Of a stretch of DNA of 64,000 nt, positions 20,757-30,347 are shown one piece after another. Positions within the stretch are counted from its first letter, which is position 1; each line of letters opens with the position of its first letter. Source of the DNA: Deltaproteobacteria bacterium (GTDB lineage Bacteria > Desulfobacterota > B13-G15 > RBG-16-54-18); assembly GCA_016927065.1 (NCBI GenBank), contig JAFGNJ010000028.1, positions 5,165 through 69,164 of the forward strand, given 5' to 3'. A model generated the notes under the pieces. It did not search any database and was not told where the DNA came from. It saw only the letters and a program-made list of their open reading frames with translations. The position numbers and the translations under genes were made by a program.

Positions 20757-22133
20757 ATGACTAGAGATACGTGGACTCTTTCAAGCTGGCGAGATAAACC
20801 GATTTTACAGCAACCGGAGTATCCTCAGCAATCCGAGTTGCACGCGGTAGAATCTCAGTTGAAGGGTTTCCCTCCATTGGTATTTGTCGATGAAGTCCAA
20901 GCATTAAAGAAACAATTGGCACGTGTCGCAGAGGGGGAGGCCTTTCTCTTACAAGGAGGAGATTGCGCAGAGAGCTTTGCTGAGTTCAACGCAGTAAATA
21001 TCCAGGATACCTGCAAAGTGATTTTACAGATGGCGGTCATCCTCACCTTTGCAGGAAGCTGCCCCGTGATAAAGGTAGGACGCTTAGCCGGTCAGTTTGC
21101 AAAGCCTCGTTCTGCAGCAACGGAAATTATCGATGGCGTTGAATTGCCGAGTTATCGGGGAGATATGGTGAATGATATTGCGTTTAACGAATTTGCCCGA
21201 ACCCCTGAACCCCAGCGTCTCATCCAGGCCTACAACCAGTCCGCGGCAACCCTTAATTTGTTGCGGGCCTTTACGAAGGGAGGTTTGGCTGACCTTCACC
21301 AAGTGCATCAATGGAATCTTGCATTCGTTAAAGATAGTCCCTTAGGAGAGAAGTACCAGCATCTTGCTGACCGTATCGGTGAAGCGCTCGCCTTTATGGA
21401 GGCCTGCGGCGTATCCATACAAGATACCCCAACTATTAGGGAAACGACCATATATACCTCTCATGAAGCATTGTTATTGAATTATGAGGAGGCGCTCACG
21501 CGGCAAGATGATATAACAGGGGATTGGTATGATTGCTCAGCCCATTTGGTGTGGGTTGGAGAGAGGACCCGTCAATTGGACAAGGCCCATATAGAGTTTG
21601 CGAGGGGGATTAAGAATCCCATTGGTGTTAAAGCAGGGCCTACTATTGATTCGGATGAGTTATTGCGTTTAATTGATGTATTGAATCCCTTGAATGAACC
21701 AGGTCGTCTGATCATTATTGTCCGCATGGGATCTGATCTTATTGCAAAAAAATTACCGTCTTTGATTCGGAGCATTCAGCGTGAGGGACGCGCGGTGGTG
21801 TGGAGTAGCGACCCGATGCATAGCAACACGGTTACCACGTCTCACGGTATTAAGACCCGTTCTTTTGATAGCATATTGGCAGAGGTTCGAAACTTTTTTG
21901 AGATTCATGATGCCGAAGGAACATATGCCGGAGGCATTCATTGTGAGATGACCGGGCAAAACGTGACAGAATGTATTGGAGGGCCTCAAGCTATTACTGA
22001 AAAGGAATTGACCGAAAAGTATTTTACCCGTTGTGATCCCCGTCTGAATGCAAATCAAGCCTTGGAATTGGCATTTTTGATATCCGAATTTCTTAAAAAG
22101 GCCCGTGTCAAAAAAAAACCACAAGAAATCTGA
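20757..22133 (+). CDS. Class II DAHP synthase (3-deoxy-7-phosphoheptulonate synthase)
   Basis: [55 protein letters not shown]. Confidence 0.96.
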   Translation: MTRDTWTLSSWRDKPILQQPEYPQQSELHAVESQLKGFPPLVFVDEVQALKKQLARVAEGEAFLLQGGDCAESFAEFNAVNIQDTCKVILQMAVILTFAGSCPVIKVGRLAGQFAKPRSAATEIIDGVELPSYRGDMVNDIAFNEFARTPEPQRLIQAYNQSAATLNLLRAFTKGGLADLHQVHQWNLAFVKDSPLGEKYQHLADRIGEALAFMEACGVSIQDTPTIRETTIYTSHEALLLNYEEALTRQDDITGDWYDCSAHLVWVGERTRQLDKAHIEFARGIKNPIGVKAGPTIDSDELLRLIDVLNPLNEPGRLIIIVRMGSDLIAKKLPSLIRSIQREGRAVVWSSDPMHSNTVTTSHGIKTRSFDSILAEVRNFFEIHDAEGTYAGGIHCEMTGQNVTECIGGPQAITEKELTEKYFTRCDPRLNANQALELAFLISEFLKKARVKKKPQEI

Positions 22134-22477
22134 ATGATGAGTGCGCGGCGAAAAATATCCTTCCTTTAAAAGTTCATATCTTAAAAAGAAGAGTAGAAAA
22201 AAAGAATTGTATATTTCTGTAATCTGAATTGTTCAAAGTAGGCGCGCACCAAGTTTCACTTTACCACTTTAAGGGGGACTTATAATTTTTCCTATGATAT
22301 CAAAAGCTTATCATTTTTTATCGTTATATTTGTGAAGGCGGACGTGTCTTATAAATAGATCGTTTTTTAAAAGTTGATTAAATGCCCAAAAGATGTTAGT
22401 TCTATAACAGTTTTATAATCTAATACGATAGGCCATAAAGGCAAGGGTAGTTTATAATTGAATAAAAGGAGGGCGAC

Positions 22478-22837
22478 ATCAGCAACAAGATTTTTGTTGG
22501 GAATTTGAGCTACGATACGACGCAAGAAGAGCTCGACAGACTTTTTTCAGAAGTGGGTCACGTGGCAGAAGTTTTTCTGCCAATCGACCGCATCACCGGT
22601 CGCGCACGGGGATTTGCTTTCGTCGATTTCGCCGAGGAGGCGGCTGCCGCTGAGGCTATCGAGAGGTTCGACAGCTACCAGTTGAACGGGAGGAATCTTC
22701 GTGTGAGTCAAGCAGAGGAGCGGCAACGCCGTTCAACGAATTATGCTGGTGCCAAGCCATCCACACGGCGCGGGGCACGGGGATCGAAACCGAAAGGCAG
22801 TCGCCGCAACCTTCGAGCCAAGAAGCGCGGATTCTGA
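22478..22837 (+). CDS. RRM RNA-binding protein with apparent ATC start codon
   Basis: RNP2 IFVGNL and RNP1 RGFAFVDF; SD AGGAGG 22467-22472, then ATC at 22478; in-frame TAA at 22463; the TTG at 22505 falls inside RNP2. Confidence 0.88.
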   Translation: MSNKIFVGNLSYDTTQEELDRLFSEVGHVAEVFLPIDRITGRARGFAFVDFAEEAAAAEAIERFDSYQLNGRNLRVSQAEERQRRSTNYAGAKPSTRRGARGSKPKGSRRNLRAKKRGF

Positions 22838-23014
22838 TTACATCGCAGACCAACGATGGACCGCGGATGTCTATTTAGTGGGCTCGGAATGAGAAGTGAG
22901 ACGTACGCAACGTCGTGAGACTGTCCGTCTCTTGCTTTCCGTGAAGAATTTCTCATTTTTTATTAGATGAGATCAGGCTCTTACTGGATAAAACAACCGC
23001 AGAGGGATGTTCCT

Positions 23015-24424
23015 CTACGTTTTTTCCATTTCTTTTGGTACGTTATTATATGTATGAAATCCACGTTTTTTACGGTGTTTTAATAATATTTTAAAGGTCA
23101 ACATAAAAGCGGTTTTAACCACATACGGGAGACTTATCAAGCGTGCAGCGATTATCTTCTTTGCTATTCTTGCTATAGTAGGAATATTATAGTAGCTTCT
23201 CCCTATACGGTGTCTAATATTCCTCAACCTTTTTACGGGGTACTCCTCAGAACAGACGATATTGTCCTCATTCGCATAATAGCCGGGGGATGTGGCAATG
23301 AACTCATTGAGCGGTGAATATTTTTCTGTCCGCAAGAGGCTGAGATTGATCGTGTCCAGTTTAAGTCTTTGAGCAAAAGGGGCAATCTCCAGCATGTCTG
23401 ACTCAGTCTCCCCTATACAGCCGACAATAAAATAGCCATGAATATAAAGCTTTGTCTTTTTGATCTCAGCAAATGCCTTAGCAGCTAAGGATGTATTAAA
23501 CCCTTTTTGCATTGATTTTAGGGTCTTGTCTTTAGCCGATTCAATCCCAATAGTTAATATCTTAAGGCCGGCCTTAAACATTTTTTCTAATATCTCTGGA
23601 TACTTATAAATCTCAAGCCTCACGGCGACTGCAAATGTCTTTTTAATGCCTTCGGCAATAATTAAGTCACAAATCTCCTCGACCCTCTTTATGTCCGCAG
23701 CAAAATTGTCATCTACAACAAATACAAACTGAGCATCAATGGTTTTCAGTTCCTCAACCACGGAGACAGCTGATCTCCCACTCCATCTTCTTTTCTGACC
23801 TAAGGGATTATTGGTAAACGTACAGAATCGACAATTATATGGGCACCCTCTGGAAGTTGAAATGAAATCTACTCCTTGACCTAAGTCTATGTTTTTATAT
23901 GACAGTCTATACTTAACCCGTCTCAACCCTCTATTAGGATACATGGTATCATCCACCGATTGCAGGTCACGGATCTTATTATGCTTAATCGTGCCATTTT
24001 CACGGTAAGAAATACTGGTGATGTCCTTGAGGGAGATCCCTGAAGCTATATCCCGAATAATCTCTTCTCCATCCCCGCGAACGATTATATCGATATGAGG
24101 AGCTGCAACAAAAAGTTCTTCAACTGAAGTCGTAGCATATCTTCCTCCTACAACGACCTTAATATGAGAAGGAATTTGAGAGATAATATTTATAGCAGCA
24201 TCTCGTTGGTAATCCCAGTTTACCGACAGACAGACCAAGTCTATTGGGTCATCTTCAATAAAAGCATTTAGATTCGGCTCAAACCTCATATCAACGAGGG
24301 TAACCTTTTCAACCGAATCCTCTAGGACAGTAGCGATATATTCCAATCCAAGAGGGGGACAGTATTTTTTCTCGGGGTTGCCTTTTTGATGGGGATAAAC
24401 ACATAATGCATTCTTATACAGCAT
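23015..24424 (-). CDS. B12-binding radical SAM protein (class B methyltransferase-like)
   Basis: PPLGLEYIA, VVGG, RGDGE, SRGCPYNCRFC, DDNF, IGIES; AT-rich. Confidence 0.9.
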   Translation of the reverse strand: MLYKNALCVYPHQKGNPEKKYCPPLGLEYIATVLEDSVEKVTLVDMRFEPNLNAFIEDDPIDLVCLSVNWDYQRDAAINIISQIPSHIKVVVGGRYATTSVEELFVAAPHIDIIVRGDGEEIIRDIASGISLKDITSISYRENGTIKHNKIRDLQSVDDTMYPNRGLRRVKYRLSYKNIDLGQGVDFISTSRGCPYNCRFCTFTNNPLGQKRRWSGRSAVSVVEELKTIDAQFVFVVDDNFAADIKRVEEICDLIIAEGIKKTFAVAVRLEIYKYPEILEKMFKAGLKILTIGIESAKDKTLKSMQKGFNTSLAAKAFAEIKKTKLYIHGYFIVGCIGETESDMLEIAPFAQRLKLDTINLSLLRTEKYSPLNEFIATSPGYYANEDNIVCSEEYPVKRLRNIRHRIGRSYYNIPTIARIAKKIIAARLISLPYVVKTAFMLTFKILLKHRKKRGFHTYNNVPKEMEKT

Positions 24425-24740
24425 TTTCTGAAATACCTCTCGATTGATATAGGTTAAACTTTTTAAGATGTAATAAGATAACAGCTCCCATCTTAAATTT
24501 TCTTATTCTTTTCGAATGATAGATTTAAGGAAGTAAAGGATTGTGTTTAGAACATATTTTACATCATATTCCTTAACCTATCTTATTTGTTTCTAGTATA
24601 ATCTAATGAAGATTAAAAGTCGATTAAAAAAGTATTAAAAAAGGCTAAATCAAAAAAATTTTCACAAAAACATGGAGGTTATTCTTAATTTGACACCCCT
24701 CAATTACTTTTCTTTTGCGAGGGAAGGAATTGTTGCGATA

Positions 24741-24835
24741 CTAACCAGTCGGCCGTTCTAAGGCCTCTAACATCTAACACCGTTCACGCATCTTTGCGAT
24801 GATATCCTTAGGCAGCGGCGGGAAGTGAGGCTTTC
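24741..24835 (-). pseudogene. purC: Decayed relic of a purC 3' end
   Basis: Minus strand reads PPLPKDIIAKMRERC*MLEALERPTG*, versus [25 protein letters not shown] in intact purC; 24781-24822 matches 26518-26559 at 34/42 nt. Confidence 0.8.
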
Positions 24836-24902
24836 TTTGCTCATCACATCGTGGGGTGCAACCAAAACATAACCCTCACCTATATCACTACATTCACTCA
24901 TC

Positions 24903-24931
24903 TTTACAACCTCCTTCGGATACCTTATAAT
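24903..24931 (+). promoter_or_regulatory. sigma70-type promoter for DUF1846 gene
   Basis: TTTACA (24903-24908), 17 nt, TATAAT (24926-24931). Confidence 0.7.
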
Positions 24932-24961
24932 TCCAAAGGACAATACTCCTATGGAGCCTAT

Positions 24962-26479
24962 ATGATACTATCGCCAGTTTTTGATAATGAACGATATATC
25001 AAAGAACAGACCACTGAAATTTTGAAACGGGTAAAGCAGTTTAATAACAAACTCTACCTGGAATTCGGAGGTAAGCTTCTTTATGATTATCACGCCGCAC
25101 GGGTCTTGCCGGGTTATGAACCGAATATAAAGATGCGTCTGTTACAGCAGTTGAAGGACCAAGCCGACATCCTGCTGTGTATTTATGCCGGTGATATTGA
25201 ACGCAAAAAGATCAGGGCGGATTTCGGAATCACCTATGACTCTGATGCCCTCAAGATCATCGATGATCTGCGGGAGTGGGGGCTAAATGTACTCGGTGTG
25301 ATCATCACCCGCTATGATAATCAACCTGCCGCCAATGTTTTTAAAAACAAGCTGGAACGGAGAGGTGTTCCCGTCTTTACCCATCGTTTCACCAAAGGGT
25401 ATCCCACCGATGTCGATCTCATCGTGAGTGATGAAGGTTATGGGGCCAATGAGTATATTCAAACACAAAATCCCCTTGTGATTGTCACCGGTCCGGGGCC
25501 TGGTAGCGGAAAATTGGCCACGTGTTTATCACAGTGTTACCATGAATATAAAAGGGGTACAAAATCGGGGTATGCTAAATTTGAGACCTTCCCTATCTGG
25601 AATGTACCTCTCAATCATCCGATCAATGTAGCCTATGAAGCAGCCACCGCAGACATTGGGGACTTTAATTTAATCGACCCCTTTCATCTGGAGGCCTATG
25701 AAAAGAAGGCGGTAAATTACAACCGTGACGTCGAGGTCTTCCCGGTTCTGAAGAGGATTTTGACAAAGATTACCGGCAATGAGGCATTTTACCGGTCTCC
25801 CACGGATATGGGGGTCAATCGGGCCGGTTTTGCCATAATCGATGATCAAGCGGCCCGGGAAGCGGCCAAACAGGAGATCATCAGACGGTATTTTCGATAC
25901 CAATGCGAATATCGGATGGGTTTTGCCAGCAAGGAGACGGTGCAGAGGGTCGAGCTCTTTATGAAGGATTTTAACCTGAGCCCCGAATCCAGACCCGTTG
26001 TTGAGCCGGCACGTCAGGCAGCCCTTGATGCGCAACAGCATGACAAGGGGAATGAAGGCATCTACTGCGGCGCAGCCATCCAGTTAAAGGATGGTACGAT
26101 TATCACGGGCAACAATTCCTCGCGCATGCACGCCGCCTCAAGCCTAGTCATACATGCGATAAAACATTTGGCAGAAATACCAGAGAAGATAAAGTTGTTA
26201 CCCCCTTTCATCACGGATTCTGTGGGGAAATTGAAGATGGAAATCATGCAAGAAAAGGCCCTGAGCCTTGACTTGGAAGAGGCCCTGATCGCCCTCAGCA
26301 TCAGCGCCACCACAAATTCGGCGGCCCAATTGGCCCTCGAACAGTTGACGGAGCTTCAGGGGTGCGAAGTCCACATGACCCACATACCCACACCGGGTGA
26401 CGAGGCCGGTTTGCGGCGCCTCGGCGTCAACCTGACCAGCGATTCACAATTTGCAACCAACAACCTTTTTATCTCCTGA
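24962..26479 (+). CDS. DUF1846 / UPF0371 family protein
   Basis: [57 protein letters not shown]; ATG 24962 follows GGAG and the promoter. Confidence 0.9.
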   Translation: MILSPVFDNERYIKEQTTEILKRVKQFNNKLYLEFGGKLLYDYHAARVLPGYEPNIKMRLLQQLKDQADILLCIYAGDIERKKIRADFGITYDSDALKIIDDLREWGLNVLGVIITRYDNQPAANVFKNKLERRGVPVFTHRFTKGYPTDVDLIVSDEGYGANEYIQTQNPLVIVTGPGPGSGKLATCLSQCYHEYKRGTKSGYAKFETFPIWNVPLNHPINVAYEAATADIGDFNLIDPFHLEAYEKKAVNYNRDVEVFPVLKRILTKITGNEAFYRSPTDMGVNRAGFAIIDDQAAREAAKQEIIRRYFRYQCEYRMGFASKETVQRVELFMKDFNLSPESRPVVEPARQAALDAQQHDKGNEGIYCGAAIQLKDGTIITGNNSSRMHAASSLVIHAIKHLAEIPEKIKLLPPFITDSVGKLKMEIMQEKALSLDLEEALIALSISATTNSAAQLALEQLTELQGCEVHMTHIPTPGDEAGLRRLGVNLTSDSQFATNNLFIS

Positions 26480-27365
26480 GATCCCCATCGATTAATCTCC
26501 GGAGAGCCTCTTCGTATCGTTCTCGTGTCTTTTCAATGATCTCCTCCGGCAGCGGCGGGGGAGGGGGGCTTTTGTCCCAATCGAGGGTAAGAAGGTAATC
26601 TCGCAGGAATTGTTTATCGAAGGCGTGTTGCGGTCTCCCGGGCTTGTATTCCTCGGCAGGCCAGAAGCGGGAGGAATCGGGGGTAAGGAGCTCGTCGATG
26701 AGGATGACTTTGCCGTCCAGTAGCCCAAACTCCATCTTTGTGTCGGCAATGATGATCCCCTTGGCCTCAGCCATGCGGCGAGCACGCTCGTAGATGGCGA
26801 GCGTAGTCTCACGCAGTCGTTCGCTTAGATCTTTTCCTATTCGATCCACCATCTCAGTAAAGGTGATGTTGATGTCGTGGTCTCCCACCTCCTCCTTGGT
26901 GGCGGGGGTGAAGATAGGTTCGGGGATCTTCGACGATTCAACCAGCCCTGTGGGGAGTTTGATTCCACATATTTTTCCGCTCTCCTGGTATTCCTGCCAC
27001 CCTGACCCTGCCAGATACCCCCTGGCCACACACTCGATGGGGACGGGATCGGTACGCTGCACGAGCATACTCCTCCCCTCCAATTCTGCTGCATACGTGC
27101 CGCACGGTGAGGGATAGTCCCCGACTCGGGTGGAGATTAAGTGGTTAGGTACTACTTCCTCCATCGACCGAAACCAAGCTGTCGAGATTTCGGTTAGGAT
27201 CCTTCCTTTCCCTGGTATGGGATCGGCCATGATCACGTCGAAGGCCGACACCCGATCAGTAGCCACGATGAGGAGCTTATCCTGCAGCTCGTAGACATCG
27301 CGCACCTTGCCCCGCTTAAAGAGGGTGAGATCGGGGAAATCGGTCTCGTAGATTGTCTTTTCCAT
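26469..27365 (-). CDS. purC: SAICAR synthetase
   Basis: [61 protein letters not shown]. Confidence 0.97.
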   Translation of the reverse strand: MEKTIYETDFPDLTLFKRGKVRDVYELQDKLLIVATDRVSAFDVIMADPIPGKGRILTEISTAWFRSMEEVVPNHLISTRVGDYPSPCGTYAAELEGRSMLVQRTDPVPIECVARGYLAGSGWQEYQESGKICGIKLPTGLVESSKIPEPIFTPATKEEVGDHDINITFTEMVDRIGKDLSERLRETTLAIYERARRMAEAKGIIIADTKMEFGLLDGKVILIDELLTPDSSRFWPAEEYKPGRPQHAFDKQFLRDYLLTLDWDKSPPPPPLPEEIIEKTRERYEEALRRLIDGDLRR

Positions 27366-28624
27366 CAGGAATCACCTCCTATTGTGGGTACGGTTATGGT
27401 CCCGTTCATGAGAAAGACTACCCGGGCATGGGGGCCTTTCTCCTTGATTGCTGCGCTCAGGGCCCCTTGTAGGTCGGGATATGGCCTGATAAAGGCCTGC
27501 TCCAAGATCTTGGGATCGAGGTCCGTCACCCCCCACATCTGTGCCCTCATGGCAAGATCGGCGATCTTGGCAGCCTTATGATCTCCAAGGCAGTAGGATT
27601 TCTCAATGAGCTTGAATACCTCCTCAGGGTCTGCGGCCCTGCACAAGAGCCGATAAAATCCCTTGTTCCCGACACCCTTGGGGCATTGGGAGACCAGGAT
27701 TATAATACCCCCCTCTTTAAGGATCAACCTACCGTGCTCTATGGCCTTGTGGGACTGGTAGAGATCGATGTCCATAGGGGCATGGGCAACAGTCACCACA
27801 ATATCGGCCCGTTCGTGGACCTTTACGGAGAAGACTTCACGGGCCTTCTGCATTGCTGCGGCGAAGGTTCCCTCCAGGGAGCCGGCAGAGGCGGCGCAGA
27901 TGCGGTGGAATTGATCCAGCACTACCTGAAAGGAGTAAATCTCTTTTTCCTCAAGGGCCCCCATGGCCTCGGCCAGATCCTCGTGTACGGGATTGCCTTC
28001 CAAAACTAGGGGAGATGCTCCTTCCTCCAGGGCCAAGCGGTGGTTGTGTTCTATGGTCGAAAAAGCAGCAGCACCCGGGAAAAATGATTTTCTCCCCCCG
28101 GTATACCCCGCGAAGTAGTGGGGCTCTACCGATGAGATAGCCACGATCTTGGGTGCCTCGACTACCCTGCGACTGAGGGCAAGGGGTGTGCCTCGTGGGG
28201 TAATTCCGAGATGGACCATTTTGGATTCTGCCTGGGCATCGTGGATCGATATCACCTTCTGAAATCGTTCAAACATGGGGCCGAAGATCATCTTACACTC
28301 TGCGGGAGTAGGGGGGGTGTGAGCGCCGGTGGCCACGAGGAAATGCACAGGTCTGCCACCTTCTATTTCTCCCGCCAGGTGATCGAGGATGCGCGCCGTG
28401 GGGGTAGGGCGGGTTGCGTCATTGACCACAAAGAGGACTTCTGGGCTATCGGCCAAAAAATCTTCCAGAGGTCCAGCGCCAATAGGGTTGGTTATGGCCT
28501 CCTGAAGGATTGTGTGCTCATCTCGTTTGGGGACTTCATTGGGGAAGCGGACCCCCACCAGGTGCTCCTCAGGGCAATCGATTGTTTCAGAGCCATGCCC
28601 ATACGGTATCTTGATCTCCATCAT
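27365..28624 (-). CDS. larA: LarA family nickel-pincer racemase/epimerase
   Basis: [27 protein letters not shown] (cofactor Lys), HNH, DLYQSHK; substrate not determinable. Confidence 0.88.
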   Translation of the reverse strand: MMEIKIPYGHGSETIDCPEEHLVGVRFPNEVPKRDEHTILQEAITNPIGAGPLEDFLADSPEVLFVVNDATRPTPTARILDHLAGEIEGGRPVHFLVATGAHTPPTPAECKMIFGPMFERFQKVISIHDAQAESKMVHLGITPRGTPLALSRRVVEAPKIVAISSVEPHYFAGYTGGRKSFFPGAAAFSTIEHNHRLALEEGASPLVLEGNPVHEDLAEAMGALEEKEIYSFQVVLDQFHRICAASAGSLEGTFAAAMQKAREVFSVKVHERADIVVTVAHAPMDIDLYQSHKAIEHGRLILKEGGIIILVSQCPKGVGNKGFYRLLCRAADPEEVFKLIEKSYCLGDHKAAKIADLAMRAQMWGVTDLDPKILEQAFIRPYPDLQGALSAAIKEKGPHARVVFLMNGTITVPTIGGDS

Positions 28625-30324
28625 TTCACCTGGAGGGTGCGCATGCGGTTGATGGCCCCGGCCACCTCACAGGGCCTGGGCATGGTGAGATCCCCTACTG
28701 TATAAGGAAGGAGGCAGTCGAGCCCTCGCTCCTCGATATCCCGCATCACCAGCTCCATTCCCTCCTTCAGGGATGTGGATTGCTCCAGATAGTGCTCGGC
28801 ATAGTAGTGAATCATGAGGCCGATGGCCCTGGTCTGGCTCCTATCGACCAGCTGCTCCAGGTACGAGAGGTCGATGGCGGTAGTCCCATAGAGGATGGTC
28901 TTGAGCCCCTTGGCGTCTATCTTGACTTCCCGCTTGCCCCGGCTGGGATTAAACCCCCCTCTCAATGGGCGGCGTGGGGTGACCTCGCCGAAGCCATCCC
29001 CTCCCTCGTCGGCCCGGCAACTGGCGTGCTTCTGGGCGATCTCTCTGGCCTGCTCGGTGACGCAGTGGGGTCGGTAGCTGTCCATCATGATAACGGTGTC
29101 CGCCACATCGAAGTAGTCGCCCGCCCCCCCCATGACCAGGATAGTGGAGACCCCCGCATCGGCGCAGAGCGGGCGTACCTTATCCACAAAAGGGGTGATG
29201 GGCTCCTTTGCCTTGGCCACCAGCTCCTGCATCCGCGCATCCCGCACCATGAAGTTGGTGGCCGAGGTATCCTCATCGATCAAGAGGACCCGGGCCCCCA
29301 TCTCCAGGGCCTCCATGATGTTGGTTGCCTGCGAGGTGCTGCCGCTGGCGTCGTCGCTGGAAAACCTGACCGTGTCCTTGCCGAAGGGGAGGTTGGTGAT
29401 GAAGGGACTGATGTTCACCTTTTCGATCCGGCGGCCGTCCTCCGCCCTGATCTTCACCGCCGCCCCGTCGGTCACCACGTATTCCCTCCCATCCCCGGGG
29501 ACGTGGTTGTACACCCCCCGCTCGACGGCGTCGAGCAGGGTGGACTTGCCGTGGAATCCGCCCCCCACGATGAGGGTCACCCCCTGGGGGATCCCCATCC
29601 CCCGGATACTGCCCCGATGGGGGGGCTCCAGCTCCACCTCGAGCTCAGGGGGTCCTTGGAAGGGGACGGCCCCTGAGCCTAAGGGCCTCTCATCCACCCC
29701 GCTGCTGCGGGGGAGAATAGACCCGTCGGCCACAAAGGCCACCAATCCCTTATCCTTTAAAAGCCCCCTCATGGCATCTTGATCCTCTGCCACTGCGACG
29801 TGTTGTCCGATCTCTTGGGGATCGATCCGCCGGTACACGAGGGATTCCTCCACGATCCGGGGGATATCCTCAAAGAAGACTCCCAGGGCCTCCTTTCCCA
29901 AGATGGTCCGGCCCGCCGCGGGGAGCCCGACCACAAAACGGACCTCCAGATCCTCCCTATCAATAACCACCGCGGTGCGCTCCAGGATCTCCTGTTCTCC
30001 CCTGTCGATCGCCACCAGACCGCTCTTCCCCATGCCGCGATTACCCTTGGCCCAGCGGCGAATGGCCCCATGAAAGCGCCGGGCCAGATAGTCGCACAAG
30101 GCGATTCGGCGCACGCGATTGCTCCAAAGGTCCCGGGGAAATTCGGTCTTGTCTAGAGGGAGCCGCACCCGCACCCGCGAGGGCGCGGCAAAGGGGTCCC
30201 CCTGGACGTGGTCGATGATCAGGGTATAGGGGCCGAACGCATACTGGCCTTTGATATCTTTGTAGGCCTTATACCCCCTGCCGTCGATGCGGTTGATGGT
30301 CCTTTTGAGATCTTCCGAGGTCAT
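28621..30324 (-). CDS. Stand-alone ABC-class ATPase (ABC_ATPase / MRB1590-like family)
   Basis: HVQGDPFAAPS, GGGFHGKST Walker A, IRAEDGR, ASGSTSQA, LLIDEDTSATNFM Walker B, AINRMR. Confidence 0.88.
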   Translation of the reverse strand: MTSEDLKRTINRIDGRGYKAYKDIKGQYAFGPYTLIIDHVQGDPFAAPSRVRVRLPLDKTEFPRDLWSNRVRRIALCDYLARRFHGAIRRWAKGNRGMGKSGLVAIDRGEQEILERTAVVIDREDLEVRFVVGLPAAGRTILGKEALGVFFEDIPRIVEESLVYRRIDPQEIGQHVAVAEDQDAMRGLLKDKGLVAFVADGSILPRSSGVDERPLGSGAVPFQGPPELEVELEPPHRGSIRGMGIPQGVTLIVGGGFHGKSTLLDAVERGVYNHVPGDGREYVVTDGAAVKIRAEDGRRIEKVNISPFITNLPFGKDTVRFSSDDASGSTSQATNIMEALEMGARVLLIDEDTSATNFMVRDARMQELVAKAKEPITPFVDKVRPLCADAGVSTILVMGGAGDYFDVADTVIMMDSYRPHCVTEQAREIAQKHASCRADEGGDGFGEVTPRRPLRGGFNPSRGKREVKIDAKGLKTILYGTTAIDLSYLEQLVDRSQTRAIGLMIHYYAEHYLEQSTSLKEGMELVMRDIEERGLDCLLPYTVGDLTMPRPCEVAGAINRMRTLQVK

Positions 30325-30347
30325 CCCTTACCGTATATTTAAAGGGT

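Noticed and set aside
24851-24961. 37-aa N-terminal extension of DUF1846 in the ORF track (likewise the extensions on kdsC, radA, the enoyl-CoA hydratase, lgt, rpmB and MTH1187)
   Set aside because: A promoter, SD or neighbouring gene occupies these stretches; family N-termini begin at the downstream starts
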